From assembly GCA_964188305.1 (NCBI GenBank), contig OZ076885.1: 64,000 nt of DNA; one strand, given 5' to 3'. Under the pieces are notes generated by a model. That model worked only from the letters and a program-made list of their open reading frames with translations. It was not told the DNA's origin and did not search any database. Position numbers and translations under genes: made by a program. This document shows positions 1 to 12,431 of the stretch, piece by piece. The stretch comes from Podarcis bocagei. Taxonomy: Eukaryota. The first letter of the stretch is position 1, and every line of letters begins with the position of its first letter.

Positions 1-1470
1 GGAAACTGCTTTATCACAGTAAATAGTTGTGTTAGGCCCCATCATTTATTTTAGCCCAAACACAAATGCCTTAAACTGATTTTCATGAAATTCAAAATGC
101 TGCTTCTGAATACATTGGTCATGCAACTTTTTCAGGAATTATATTGTGAGCAGCGTTTAGCAGAATTTTAGGATCCTCATCATAAGGTATTCTCTAGAAA
201 AGAAGAATTGCTTTGATCTTTGATTTAAGAAGAAATGCAAAATAAAATCTTTAATTAACAAATGTGAATGGCCAATTCAAACTTAATTTGTTTTGGTGTC
301 AGTGTTCACAGCTATCTTCCAGGGGTCAATAATTGAGCACAATTTGTTCCATTTTGGCTCCACTAGGCAGAAAATGCTTTACCTCTGATGTATTTCTAAA
401 GGCAGGCAGCCCCAGACCTCCAGGGCAGCCACTAAGAAGACATTTCCCTTATTTATGAATGTCATGCAAGGGTGGTAGCAAGTCTAGGCGGGGATTGAAC
501 AGGAACACAAAGGAAAAGTAGTCCGCAGATTATAGCTCCCCCCCCCCACCCGTAACAAGTTTATATTAACAAACAGATGCTGACTGGAGGTGTGCTGGCT
601 GTTTAGCTGTAATAATAAATATTCATTCATTCCGTCATTCATTCATGTTGACTGGAGAGGAAATGGCTGGAGTGTTGTGTTAATGCAGAAACATTAAAAT
701 GTATCTGTTAGGCATATGTTTGTATTAGTTGTTAGCTGGAAAGTTACAAGTAACCAAGGAATATAAAAGTAGTTGGTTTTTCAAGAGGAAAACTTTGACT
801 TCCATTGGTTTCCATAGCTGGGAACTGCTTAAAATGCATTCTCACTTCTTGTGTACCTACTGGACCTTTTAATTTGTTGTTTACCTTACATATTGATCTG
901 ATTGGATCATTAAAGCCTTTGGCAGTGAGGGCCAGGACACTAACTGCCCACAGCACCAATGTAGTATAGCTAAAAATGACAAACTAATTTTGCAGGCCGG
1001 CCGGCCAGTGTAAACTTTCAGCTGTTGTGAATACTTTCCATACCGGTATATTGTATTTTATTTAAATATTTATCAGTCCTTTTCTGAACCAAGCTCCCAA
1101 AAGATAGGGAACAAAATATAAGCATCAGACAAACAAAATAAACCAACAATATATTAAGTGTAACTCAGCTGGTATAAAACAACAAAACAGCAGCATGGTG
1201 AATAAAACATATACATTAAAATCAATATGAAAACTTCTGAAATAGCAACTGGTGCCCGCCAATGTAGTCTCACTTGATTGATTGATTGTATTTTTAAAAT
1301 TCCTAATCCACCCTCTATCAGAACATGCTATCAGGGCAGGATATTATCACATAAACAGAAATTTAAAATGCAACATAAAATTCAGAGTAAATAAACAATA
1401 AAACAATGACTACAGACCCAGGCCATATTTGCCACTAGAGAGAGTGTATAATAATAATAATAATGCTGCT

Positions 1471-1678
1471 GCTGTATCCAGCACACTAGTTGTGCTTGTG
1501 AAGCGGAGTACTGTTTCCTCTCCTTCCCTGCACATCTCCAAAATCTGCTCTGTAGGGTCCCCCAACACTCTGGAAATAATTTGGGTATGTGTGGGAGGCT
1601 GGAAAGAACAGAAGAGGAATAGGAAGTTTATTGTGTTGGTCTGTTGTGTGGGTAGAGCTGTAACACTGGATTCAGCCC
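1471..1678. mobile_element. Old MITE-like repeat (short TIR gctgtatccag / ctggattcagc)
   Basis: 11-bp inverted termini with 1 mismatch. The internal sequence resembles degenerate copies at ~7082-7250, ~28050-28255, ~31385-31560 and ~42254-42458. Confidence 0.4.
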
Positions 1679-3126
1679 ATACAAAACTAGAAATATTTAC
1701 CCTTCACTTAGCAGATCTGTCAAACTCTTTGCATCATACTCATTTTTTTCTCAAAAAAAGGGGAATGAATTTGGGGGGTTTTGGTGAGTGATGATACAGA
1801 CTTTTTCAGAACGTGTTGCCTTATCATAGAACGCTTTTTCTTCTAGCTTTTCGCATTATGGTTATTGGTTCTTTAGTGTAAAGAAGCCAATATTTATAGG
1901 GCATTGGGACAATATATTAGAATTGGGCAGGAAAGGCAGTTGGGCCAAATGTTGTATGTTCTTGTAAATGGCTGCTTGAGATTAATTTGGCTGCCACTAG
2001 GCAGGTACAGCTGAATAAAGCTGAATGAATTTGTGTAGACCTGCTTGCTGGTTTTACTGAAAACATTTGAGTTGAATCATTGTTTCTTCATTGATGTGAC
2101 TTTGTATAAAACTCTGCATTGGAAAAGCTATGCGATTTGTACCATAGTTCTCTTGATGAGGTTGCTCCTGAACATGGGATGCTAAAAGTGAACACCAGGA
2201 ACTGGGAGGTGCTTCCATGGTTTTCAGTTGCATATGCTTCCTTTTGAAGCATCCTTAATTTGTCAGATACAGGATACTGACTAGGTGCCACTTCTGTCTG
2301 GTCTATCAGGCTGGTCTTCTGTATTTATTCACTTTAGTGAATAAATTACTATTGTCTTCGTTTTTCATATGTTCTGACCTCCTCTGCTTCATCCCTACAT
2401 GGTTTGTCCCTTCTGCTGACACATGCTTTCAGACTCTATTCTTAGATTTAATTACTTCTGTGCTAGTATTGGAACCCTACTTGAAGCTTAAATTTAAAGC
2501 CATGGATGGACTCCAAATAGCATATTAGGCTGCTATGAACAACTCTGGTTGTTCCTTCAGATGCTCACATAGCATTTTGGACAGGATGCTTCCTTCCTGT
2601 TGCTCTTTTCACCTGAAATGGTTTTCCTGCACTTTCCATTTCAGTCACTTCCCCTGCCCCTTGTTGCTGTCTAGTACTACACAGTGCTTCTGCAATTAAT
2701 CTTCTATTCCTAAAATTCTACTGAGAATTTATGTAGGAGTTTAGATTGCTAAAAGCTCTTCCCCTACATTGTCCCAGTAAAGCTGCAGTTTATATATTTA
2801 ACTTGGAGATTGCAATTTGCCACTTGTCTACATGGCCTGGGGTGAAATAGCAATTACTCAGTGAAGGAATGACATTAGGTGGTGGTGGTGTGGTGTGGTG
2901 TGGGGGTTGATGGTGTCCTAGTTGCCTGTCCTTTAAAGTTGAGGCATTCTACATCTCTTAGCCAAGGGAAAGATCAAGACTTTGTAGTGGCTGTTGTCCT
3001 TTAAAACATGTCTCAGGTGCCTGGTCTTATAATACTGGGACTGGCTGGAACAACAGAGAGAGTGGACCCTTGAGCAAAGAGTGCTGTATGTGTTTGTTCA
3101 TTCCTTGTATTTAGTTAGATATTCAG

Positions 3127-3158
<32 letters not shown>

Positions 3159-3206
3159 ATATGTATGTGTGTGTATACACACACACACACACACGTACAT
3201 GTACGT
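3127..3206. repeat. Compound (GT)n/(AT)/(AC)n microsatellite
   Basis: 80 nt of uninterrupted purine-pyrimidine alternation. Confidence 0.95.
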
Positions 3207-3499
3207 CATGTTCTCTGCTGTTTCTGTGCACCAGGGTTCACTTTTTAAGCAATGTGTGGATCAAATCGTATATTCTGTGAATATTCATATTCCATTCCTG
3301 TTGCACATCAGTAAGGTGGATTCCCTATTGCCTCTTCTTGTTTGTTTTTTTGCACCTGTGGATAAAGATTTTCCAGAAGCGATTTGAGTTGAGATCTGTT
3401 ATTCCAGTGTATCTGAACCAAATTTGAATTGCTTTGGTTTTGCACATGTATTTGCATTGCTGATATTGTTGAGTGCTTTGAGGTGTTTCATATGAAATG

Positions 3500-3551
3500 A
3501 TAATAGGATAATAATAGGATGATGATGATGATGATAGCAGCAGCAGCAGCA
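3500..3551. repeat. Compound trinucleotide microsatellite (AAT/GAT/AGC)
   Basis: aataatagg-ataataatagg-(atg)n-(agc)n seen directly. Confidence 0.85.
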
Positions 3552-3592
3552 TCTACCATAATGGTTTGTTTTTTCCCTTTGTATTCCCTTAG

Positions 3593-3722
3593 AATTTGGC
3601 TTTGTGGCCTTGATATTCTCTGCAGCCCTTGCCTACTTCCCATCACGTCCTCCATTTCCACCCAGTGTAGCTGCAGCTAGCCAGAGGCTCAGCTACAGAA
3701 GAAGTTTTTGTAGGCTATTAAG
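3593..3722 (+). CDS. SLC49A4: SLC49A4 coding exon 4
   Basis: Acceptor ttcccttag|AATTTGGC and donor AG|gtatgt. Encodes (E)[42 protein letters not shown](S). Confidence 0.96.
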
Positions 3723-5429
3723 GTATGTATACTTTGGCCAGCTTGGTACAGGAGGTCATGGCACTCCTGCCCTTTTTATATTGTTTGTGGGTTTTAAAAT
3801 AATATTGTAAGCTACAATATGTATTGTAATGTGTTGTATTGTAAGCTACAATACATACCGCTTTTCCAGGGTACACTCTTCCACAGTTTTGAAATTACGC
3901 AGTCTCAATGATTACTATGGTACAACAAAATGACATTATAACAGAAAGGCATTTTAAAAGCCAGTGAAACAGATTAGTTTGTTCATGTTGACTAAGAAAC
4001 TGAATCAGTTCTCTATTTTTAGTGAAGATTTTGTGTATCTTCATCGAAGCAAAATGAAGTCTCCTTACTAGTGTTGGACTTGCACCTTACCAATCAAGCC
4101 TAAATTGTGCAAGGAAAATGAACTATGCAGCATTTTTTGTTTTTAAAAGTTTTTCTAAAACTCTAGGGAAATACATTCAGGGATCATTTCTATAGTTCTT
4201 TACTTCTAGAGAAGTTAACTTGAAGGTGGTCTGCTGAGCAAACCATGAGGAGTCAAGTGTTCTTTTCTGAGTGCGAACTGAGTGGGTAGCAAAATGTATC
4301 TGTTATTTAGTATTGATGACCGTTCTGCCCTCCTTATATAAGAAGATTGACAAGAGGAAACAGAGACTGAGTGGAGAGATAAAAACATGGGGGGGGATGA
4401 TCCTTTCTACTTTGGGTGGCGCACCAATGAACAGAGTGATTCCCCCATAAGACTTAATAATTCCTGTTTATTCTATACTTAACCTAAACTTTCAAATATA
4501 CATTTGGAAATAATCTCTAAAAGCTTACTCTTAAGGCAAAAACAGAGCTTCTCGGGGAACCTTCTTTTGCAGACAAACCTGTGTTCTATGCTTTTTCTGC
4601 ATGCTCACAAAATTATGCCATACACCCTTGCTATACACTAATATATGATTCCTCATTTATATTCTCATCATTTCCTGACACGCCTTGGAAACTCAAGAGA
4701 AGATAATCTCTCAAATGATTTATTCTTCTTCCCAGAGAACTTGAGTACTGCAAGGACAGAGAAGAAGAGACCCTAATTCCTATGTTAATTGTGGCTTATA
4801 TTTTTTGGGGTCCCAAAATGGAATTAGCCAGTCAGTAGAAACAGAGGAGTATGCAAGATACTGTTTTATATATATAAAGTATCAATTTCCATTTAGGACA
4901 CTTGGCACCATTTTTGCTGCTGTCACCTGAGAGCCAGCCTCCTTGTCTGCCTGCGGGCTGTGTTGTAAAAATGTTACTGTCAAATAAAAACCCGAATAAC
5001 AGCTGGATCTGCAGGTGGAATATAAAATGCCTATTGACAGGGCTCCATCTGGGAGCTATGTTAATAAAATGGATGCTTGTTCATAATATTCTAAATGCTG
5101 AATCTGAGATCCCTGTAAAGTTGAATGGAGAACTACAAAAATTCAAATTTACCAGCTTTTTAAAGATAAAAGAATAAAGAATACACTCTTATACTTACAT
5201 ACTGAATATATTTCTGTCTATGAGGCTTTAATTTGAAATGCTGGTCACGATTAATAATGTAAGAGCAGACTAATTCTTTGTTGGCTGTTTCCCTTTTAAG
5301 AAGCCCTTGGAACTTACTCGTTCATTTACCTTGTACACTATATTTTCCTGACCTTCCAAATGCTTCTTCTTAATTTTTTGTCTCTTGAGTAGGTGTGCCT
5401 GTGTGTAACTAACCTGTCACTGGATGGAT

Positions 5430-5530
5430 GTTTTAAATGGTTTTGGGAGAATTGTGAGGGTAAAATGGGGAGGAGAAGCATCTACATCACCTTGAGCTCC
5501 ATATATAAATGAAATAAATAAATAAATACA
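5430..5530 (+). mobile_element. Degenerate SINE/L2-tail remnant ending in (TAAA)n
   Basis: ttgtgagggtaaaatggggagg...caccttgagctcc...aaataaataaataaata resembles the 3' part of squamate MIR/Squam3-like SINEs. Confidence 0.4.
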
Positions 5531-6071
5531 GATAGTGCACAGTATGCAAATTGTGTATGCTGTTCAAATGTAATAATCTTGAAAGCTGTTGCCTTCAGAA
5601 TTCTTCATGTGCTATCAGAGCGTATACTGGTCAGGTTTAATCACGGCATTGTTATTTAGAATCTAGACAACGAATGAATAGTGTAGAAGTTTTTCTCTTG
5701 AACTATTGTAGTTACTGGCCAGTAAGTAATTTGTGTTGAGCTGTCTTTACAGATCCTGTTGTGTAAGCTCATTTAGGAATATGCAGTGTGATTTTTTTAT
5801 TTTTTTATTTTTGGATGCCAGCAATATGCTGCTGCTGTTCTATCCTTGCTTCAGTGCAAACTGGGGTATTGGTGTTGGTGATTCGTCCTCTGTGCATCCT
5901 ATTCAGTGTCCTTTCTTTTCCGTTTGTAATATTTGTGTTGAAGTGTGCATCAACATTGATGTCCGTGTTGTGTGATCAGTGTACAATTTCATTAGCTGTG
6001 TCAGCTCATGCTTGTTTGCCTACCGTATTTATCTGCTGCTTTTCAGATAAACGTCACAGAGTAGTTTACAT

Positions 6072-6185
6072 CAAGGCTGGGGAACCTGTGGGCCCACCAG
6101 ATGTTCTTGGACTAGCTTCCATCATTTCTGGTCATTGACAGTCCTGGTTGGGCAATCATATCTGGTATATGGTTCTCTAGCCCTA
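6072..6185. mobile_element. Degenerate hAT-type MITE
   Basis: caaggctggggaacctgtgg...cagatgttcttggact...ttccatcatt; similar to the intact element at 47951-48086. Confidence 0.5.
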
Positions 6186-6363
6186 ACTTACATAAAATAT
6201 TAATTCAGTAAGTACTACTAAAACTATGTAATAAAACAGTAAAGACAAGCAGCAGAAGGAGAAACTTTATAGAGAGTCAAATTTCCTCTCAGAGAAGGAT
6301 ATTAAATAAATGGTATGTGTTTTGGTTTTCTTGTTTTCTGAGCAGAATCTTGCCTTCACAATA

Positions 6364-6699
6364 CAGTGGTGCCCAGCAAGACGAATGCCTCACAAGACGG
6401 AAAACCCGCTAGACGAAAGGGTTTTCCGTTTTTGAGCTGCTTCGCAAGACGATTTTCCCTATGGGCTTGCTTTGCAAGACGAAAACGTCTTGCGAGTGTT
6501 CCAATTTTTTCCCGCTTCCCCCCCTTTTTATAGCCGCTAATAGCCTTTTAGCAGCTAATCAGCTAAGCCTTTAATAGCCGCTAAACCGCTAATAGCGCTA
6601 ATCCGCTAAACCGCTAATAGGGTTGCTTCGCAAGACGAAAAAAACGCTAGACGAAGAGAGTCGCGGAACGGATTAATTTCGTCTTGCGAGGCACCACTG
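6364..6699. mobile_element. Non-autonomous Tc1/mariner (Tigger/pogo-like) MITE
   Basis: TIRs CAGTGGTGCCcaGCAAGACGAA / TTCGTCTTGCGAGGCACCACTG, with TA on both sides (6362-63 and 6700-01). CpG-rich, with internal GCAAGACG and CCGCTAA repeats. Confidence 0.88.
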
Positions 6700-9600
6700 T
6701 AACTGGTTCAAGGATCGTATTAGGTTCTTGTTATGTATCGTAGGTGGTCCCCACTCCATTGTGTCCCCCCACCACTAGCATCGCCTCTGATTCTTCTGCT
6801 GTGCTTGCATTGGCCCACCATTGTAGTGTCTATAAACACTTTGCTGAAGCATGACTTGTGATGTTGCGCAGGTGGAGCTGCAGGCATTGCACTTGATGCT
6901 GTTCACCCAGAATGGATGAGGCTGTTTATTATAGCTATTAATGGAAGGTGTTTAATCATTTTTGTCTAGAGTAAGTAGCTTATTTTATAATTGGTTGTAG
7001 CAGAGTGAATTATTTCTTGCTTAAGAAGCAGGAAGCTAGAAGTATATGACTACTAAGCCTTAGTATTTATTTCTTTGTGCAGGATTGCATCCAGCTAAGT
7101 AACTATGGATATGGAATGGTTCTGTGAGCATTCCATGAGTGAAACTTTCCCTCCCTCTGCTCCCCTTGCATATACTCCAGATCTGCTCTGGGGATTCTTC
7201 CAACCCTTCGGGGCAGATTAGTGGGTACGGGGAGAAGGAGTTAGTTGTTAAATTTCTTCAAATATTACTTCTAAATATTACCTTTATTTTAATCACTTGA
7301 GAGAAAGATGACTGGCTGTAACTTTCAGTAGGTTGGTACCATGTGTTTATGTTTGTGTGCATTTTAAACAAATCAATTATAAATTATATTCTAAATAGTG
7401 GCAGGATCATTGCCAACATCATTTACTGGTTATACAAATGACCAGTTTTTTTCCAGCTCTGTGAACCATTTCTCCTATGCCTAGAATGGATCTTCTACCT
7501 TTTCTGTACCTAAAATAGTTTTAAACCTAACTAAATGCAGCAGAGATTGATTGCACTGCAAAATATTGATGCTATAAATTACAGCAGGTGCGGTTTAGTA
7601 TATGAGGTGTGGGAAGAAAGAAGGAATCCTAATAGTTTAAATAATTCTGCCATCTCAACGGACACGTTAGTAATTTTGAAAAGGTTAAGCAGAGAATGGC
7701 AAGGCATGAGAACATGATAAGTCTTCCATTCCCTTATTAATAAGAAAACCAACATGAGCATTTGGTGAAGACTATATTTATAATGCCTTTTATGTCAGAA
7801 TAAATGGCTTGGAGCATGGTGCAGAATCAAAAGGTGTTTCCATCTCATTGCTACATGTGAGAAGAAATTTGAAAGCAGGGCTGTAAAGAGAATGCCATAG
7901 CTGCATTATGTGTAAATCAATCTCGTTGCCGTAGTTGCATTATGTGTAAATTGCATTGAAACAGTTCTTTAGAAGGAAATTAGCATATAGGTGATGATGG
8001 TGATGATAAAATCTGGGGTTTGCAACAGCTGATCATGTCATTTCTGTGAAATTTTGCTTGGGTAGTTACTTTTGTTTAAGGATTTTTGAAAAATTAACTG
8101 TTGCACTTGCAGTGGGCCTCTGTTTTGTGGAAGCTGACTTGTTGATATGGGAAGCAGTTCTGTTCTGCTCAAATAAAGCACGTGTACAAAACGACGCTTC
8201 CCATACGAACAAGTCAACTTCCACAAAACAGCCCTACTGCAAGAGCAACAGTCCCCATCTGACCTGCTGACCCATGCTACTGTACTTAACAAGGAAAAGA
8301 CAAATTCTTAATACAGAACATAATACTGATTTACTGGCCATGCCTTTAGTAAATCATGGACGGTAAAGCTGTATGATTCCCTGCCGTTCTCAAATGGAAA
8401 CAGTTGAGAAGCATATACTTCTTTCTAAACAGATAACAGCTTGTTGTTTCCTTCATTTACAGTAAAGTTGTTTCTTTGGGGCTTTTCTGTCAGCTCTTGC
8501 TTACTTGACAAGGTGATGATGATACAGCTTTCACAGCTTCACCTTTAGTGTGCAGTGAAGGTGAATTGTTTTTAAGAGGGGGAAAACGCTGAATCCCTTA
8601 GCACAGCTTCTTGGAGTTGTCTCTCTGTTTTAATGGAAATGGTAGTCACTGTTTCCAAATTCCTTTCTTCTTCCCTTCCCCCTTCCAAAGGCTTTCAAGT
8701 GAATAATTTCTATAGATTTATTTGAATACTGCCATTTTTTGAGATTTTTCTCCTCGTGCTGTTGACACTTGTGCTGTAAATCACTATGTTGCTAGGCAAA
8801 AATAGAGATTTGGAGAGGCACATTTGTACAGGATCTTGTTTGCCATTTCAGCATATCACATTAGTTATCATCTGATGTAAGTGAAGCTGTACTTCTTTCT
8901 TCCTCTCATGGTTTCAGTAGGGCACAGGCATGACATATTTGAAAAAGGTTGAAGAGTTTTCTGTATAGCGCACTCTACCAGGTAGTTTGCTGTTTGGCCA
9001 GGTACCCAACTCAACAACTGTGTGTCTTCGAGCCAAGTTTGTCACATGTGTAGTAAACACACAGATGTTGTTCTTTGATGGATGAATGGAGTGTACTTGG
9101 CAAAAAATCACTTCCTCTGTTTACTATTTGGTAAACAAATAGCTAAAGAAAAAGAGAAGAGTGCAATTAAGCAGATGTTTCAAGTGCTTACATGTATATT
9201 ACTTTTTACCTCATTGGCTGTTTTTAAGAGTAGCACTTCAGCTCCTACCATTCCACCCAAGTTGGAGCTAATTCTGTAGAATTAAGCAGCAATCGAAGCA
9301 GTGAGGGGAGAAAAATGTAACTGCAGACAATCTTCAGCATGATTTAGGATTGGTCCTCAGTTATATTTTGATTTTAAGCTAGATATCCCATAGCTCATGC
9401 CGCAAAAATAATATCCATAATTTAGGGCTCCGTGTTGCTATGGATCAGGGATCGCTCCCAACACCACAATCTACCAGCTCTATAGCCATGTTCCCTGCTA
9501 TTGATAGGAGTCTAATAGGGTGGAAATGCAAATGGAGCTGCAGGCAGAAGCCAGTTTCTGAGTTTCTGTTTGCTTTTCATGTGTAATCGAGGAACTGAGG

Positions 9601-10014
9601 TGTGTCTGAATAGTAACAGCAACAAATAAAGTTGAAAAATATTATTTGTTACTAAAATATTTTGCTTTCGGCACTTAATGAACTGATTCTTGTTGTCTAA
9701 CAAACGTTAGCACTCAAGGCAGTTTAATAAAAATAATAACAATGTTGAAGGCAAGGAAAGTCTGAAGCAGAAGCATGTCCTACAGATCACGCTGGAACAT
9801 AATTAATGCTTTTAAAATGTGGTGCCAGAAAGAAGAGCTTAGCAACAGCAGTGTGAAGTACAGTAGGAAAGCACCTTATTAGCAGCTGCTTCTTTGATTG
9901 TTCAGTCATATACTTGGAGGAGACTAAAAAGAGATCTTGCCTAAATTCCTGTCACAACATTGTGCTATCTACTTGCTTAGCCTCCTGGCAAATCAGCTTA
10001 ATGCAATTCATATA

Positions 10015-10240
10015 CAGTGGTACCTCAGGTTAAGTACTAAATTCATTCCGGAGGTCCGTTCTTAACTTGAAACTGTTCTTAACCCGAAGCACCACTTTAG
10101 CTAATGGGGCCTCCCGCTGCTGCTGCGCCGCTGGAGCATGATTTCTGTTCTCATCCTGAAGCAAAGTTCTTAACCCGAGGTAATATTTCTGGGTTAGCGG
10201 AGTCTGTAACCTGAAGCGTATGTAACCCGAGGTACCACTG
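10015..10240 (-). mobile_element. Tc1/mariner (Tigger-like) MITE, family A copy 1
   Basis: TIRs CAGTGGTACCTCaGGTTA / TAACCCGAGGTACCACTG; TA on the left and TG on the right. Reverse complement of the copy at 16403-16644. Confidence 0.9.
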
Positions 10241-10959
10241 TGTTCTACAAAGTGAAAGCACATTAAAGTAAATGCAGGGCCCCAGTAGCACTGGGTGAAT
10301 AAAAAATGCCAACCTACACATTTCGCCCTGCCTCATACATTTAGCTGGGGGCACCACTGAGCAAGTGACCTTTGTTTGTTCCCTCAGCCTAATAAGCACC
10401 TCTGTGAACAGTCCAATCACACACAGTTCTTTTTTTTTTTTTTTTTTTTGAGGGAGAGAGAAGCCAAACAAACTCTGTCTCCATGAGACACTGAATGGAA
10501 CACCTGGGTTACATTGAAGATTATTTTGTGGGGATGAGGTGCCCTTGTAGTTTTTCCACCATACTGTTTCAGCTTGTAACCCCCCCCCCCAAATGAATCA
10601 GGCTTATAAGACAAGACAAAGCAATTCCTTTCAGCTCTTTAGTGTCCCTCAATAGTTGTCCTGCTACAAATTTCCCTCTAAAATATGTGGTAACAACATC
10701 TGAACATGACAGAATTCCATCCACAAGCTGTGACTTCTTGCAGTAGTTATGTGACTGCAGAGGTACTTAACCTTTGATAAGCCTTTAGCGTTTATATATG
10801 GTGCTATTTAGATTTAGTTATTGATTTAATTCCATTTCTGAGTTTCCTAATAAATGTTTTCTCTGGGTGACATGCACAGTGAAGTCAACAAAGTTAAAAC
10901 AGAACAACTTGATAATCTTACATTGGCAAAACTGTTCCTAATTATTATTTTCCTTTCAG

Positions 10960-11068
10960 CAACCCACGGTTTCTGATGATTGCTCTAGCCTATGCTATAC
11001 CATTGGGTGTTTTCTCGGGATGGTCTGGTGTTCTAGACTTGATATTAACCCCAAAGGACATAAGCCAA
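10960..11068 (+). CDS. SLC49A4: SLC49A4 coding exon 5
   Basis: Acceptor tcctttcag|C and donor CAA|gtatgt. Encodes (S)[36 protein letters not shown]. Not in the ORF track. Confidence 0.96.
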
Positions 11069-11334
11069 GTATGTATATGTGTATATTGTTTAGCTTCGCT
11101 TATGCATCATAGGCAAAATACTGGTTTTGTTACTTGTAACTGAACTAACCAAGCAGTATGCACTGGAGACTATGTCCTGCTTTTGTAATAAAAGTGTCAA
11201 TGGGTTGGAGTTGAAATAGATGCTGAAAACATTTGCAGATAACAGAGGCTAAGGAAAAAGGATAACACTGGTGTCTTTTGAAATGTGTGTATTAACATTT
11301 ATTTATTTTTAAACTAAATCCTGTAGAAATCTAG

Positions 11335-11525
11335 GAGGGAAATGTTATCAAGTGAAACTGATTGGCAATAGATTTGAGTTAGACAAAAGCAGATATTTAA
11401 TCAAACATCACAAAATTAATTTATGCTATTTGCTGCCACAAGAAATGGCGATTGTCATTGTCTTAGATGAGTTTGAAAAGGGGATTAGACAAATTAATGG
11501 AGAAAAGGTCTGTCAAAGGTGACAT
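11335..11525 (+). mobile_element. Old CR1 LINE 3' fragment in intron 5
   Basis: Degenerate CR1 ORF2 end: tgaaactgattggcaatagattt...gacaaaag...tgctgccacaagaaatggcgat...aaggggattagacaaattaatggag. Confidence 0.6.
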
Positions 11526-11623
11526 AGAACTTCTATTCTAGTGGGTATTTGCTTATAGTAAATACTATCTCCGTTACTGTGCTTGAAATAACACAGTGTT
11601 GTTCACTCTTAAATCTTTTCTAG

Positions 11624-11691
11624 ATGGATGCAGGTTGGATTGGATTTTGGTCTATTGTAGGAGGTTGTATTGTTGGCATAGCACTGGCAAG
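11624..11691 (+). CDS. SLC49A4: SLC49A4 coding exon 6
   Basis: Acceptor tcttttctag|ATG and donor AAG|gtaagt. Encodes MDAGWIGFWSIVGGCIVGIALA(R). Confidence 0.96.
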
Positions 11692-12282
11692 GTAAGTATC
11701 ACAGTCTTACTTCATTTTATTTTTCTTCATTGCAATTGTCTTTTAGTTATACTGAAACAATACACCTGAAGATCATTTCCTGTCATCTATGACAATTGTA
11801 AAAGAAGAAATGCTTTTCTGTGTGTGGGGGGAAATAGGTTCACCTTCTAGCATAGCAATTTGTGTGTTTCATGATCTTTTTAGGCAGTGACTGCTGGAAA
11901 TTCCATTTGCTCAGTCATCAAACTGAGCAGTTCATATTATTGTGTTTGACAAGTGCTCCCTATCCACTCCAGCCAAAGGTGGAAAGAACCACTTAGGTAA
12001 AATAATCAAGGAACCATCAGTGGAGTTTTCCTACCTGTTTGCTTTCAGCTCCTCCATTACAGATGTGATGGATTCCTCAACAGAATAGTTAGAGAAATTT
12101 GATGGCTCTGATGTCATGTTGAGGTTTTTTGTTTTAGAGAAGAAAAGTAGGGCTTACGAGGTGCAGTTAATTTACAAGTTCTCTGATTTATTAAGTGCTC
12201 AGAGATAACAAACCCAAATATTACACTGTGGTTTGATGCTGGTTTGGTATCATATTTTGTTATCCTTACTATGGTGGGGAAA

Positions 12283-12431
12283 TTGGTAGAGCATCTAGCT
12301 GAGTTGGTAGAGACTCTTAATCTCAGGGTCATGGTTTTGAGCCCTACACTGTGCAAAAGATTCCTGCATTGCTGGGGGTGGACTAGTTGACCCTTGTGGT
12401 CCGTTCCAGGTGTACAATCCTCTGATTCTAT
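12283..12431 (+). mobile_element. tRNA-derived SINE with CR1-type tail (diverged copy)
   Basis: A-box-like tagctgagttggtagag, then cttaatctcagggtc and a B-box-like ggttttgagccc. Tail ttcctgcattgc...ggactag...tgattcta. Homologous to 20324-20476. Confidence 0.8.

Noticed and set aside
6364-6699. CRISPR-like array or satellite
   Set aside because: Repeat spacing is irregular, the region is bounded by TIRs with TA duplication, and the context is vertebrate.
7902-7951. 16-bp direct repeat tgcattatgtgtaaat x2 with an 18-nt spacer
   Set aside because: Only two copies; most simply a small local duplication.
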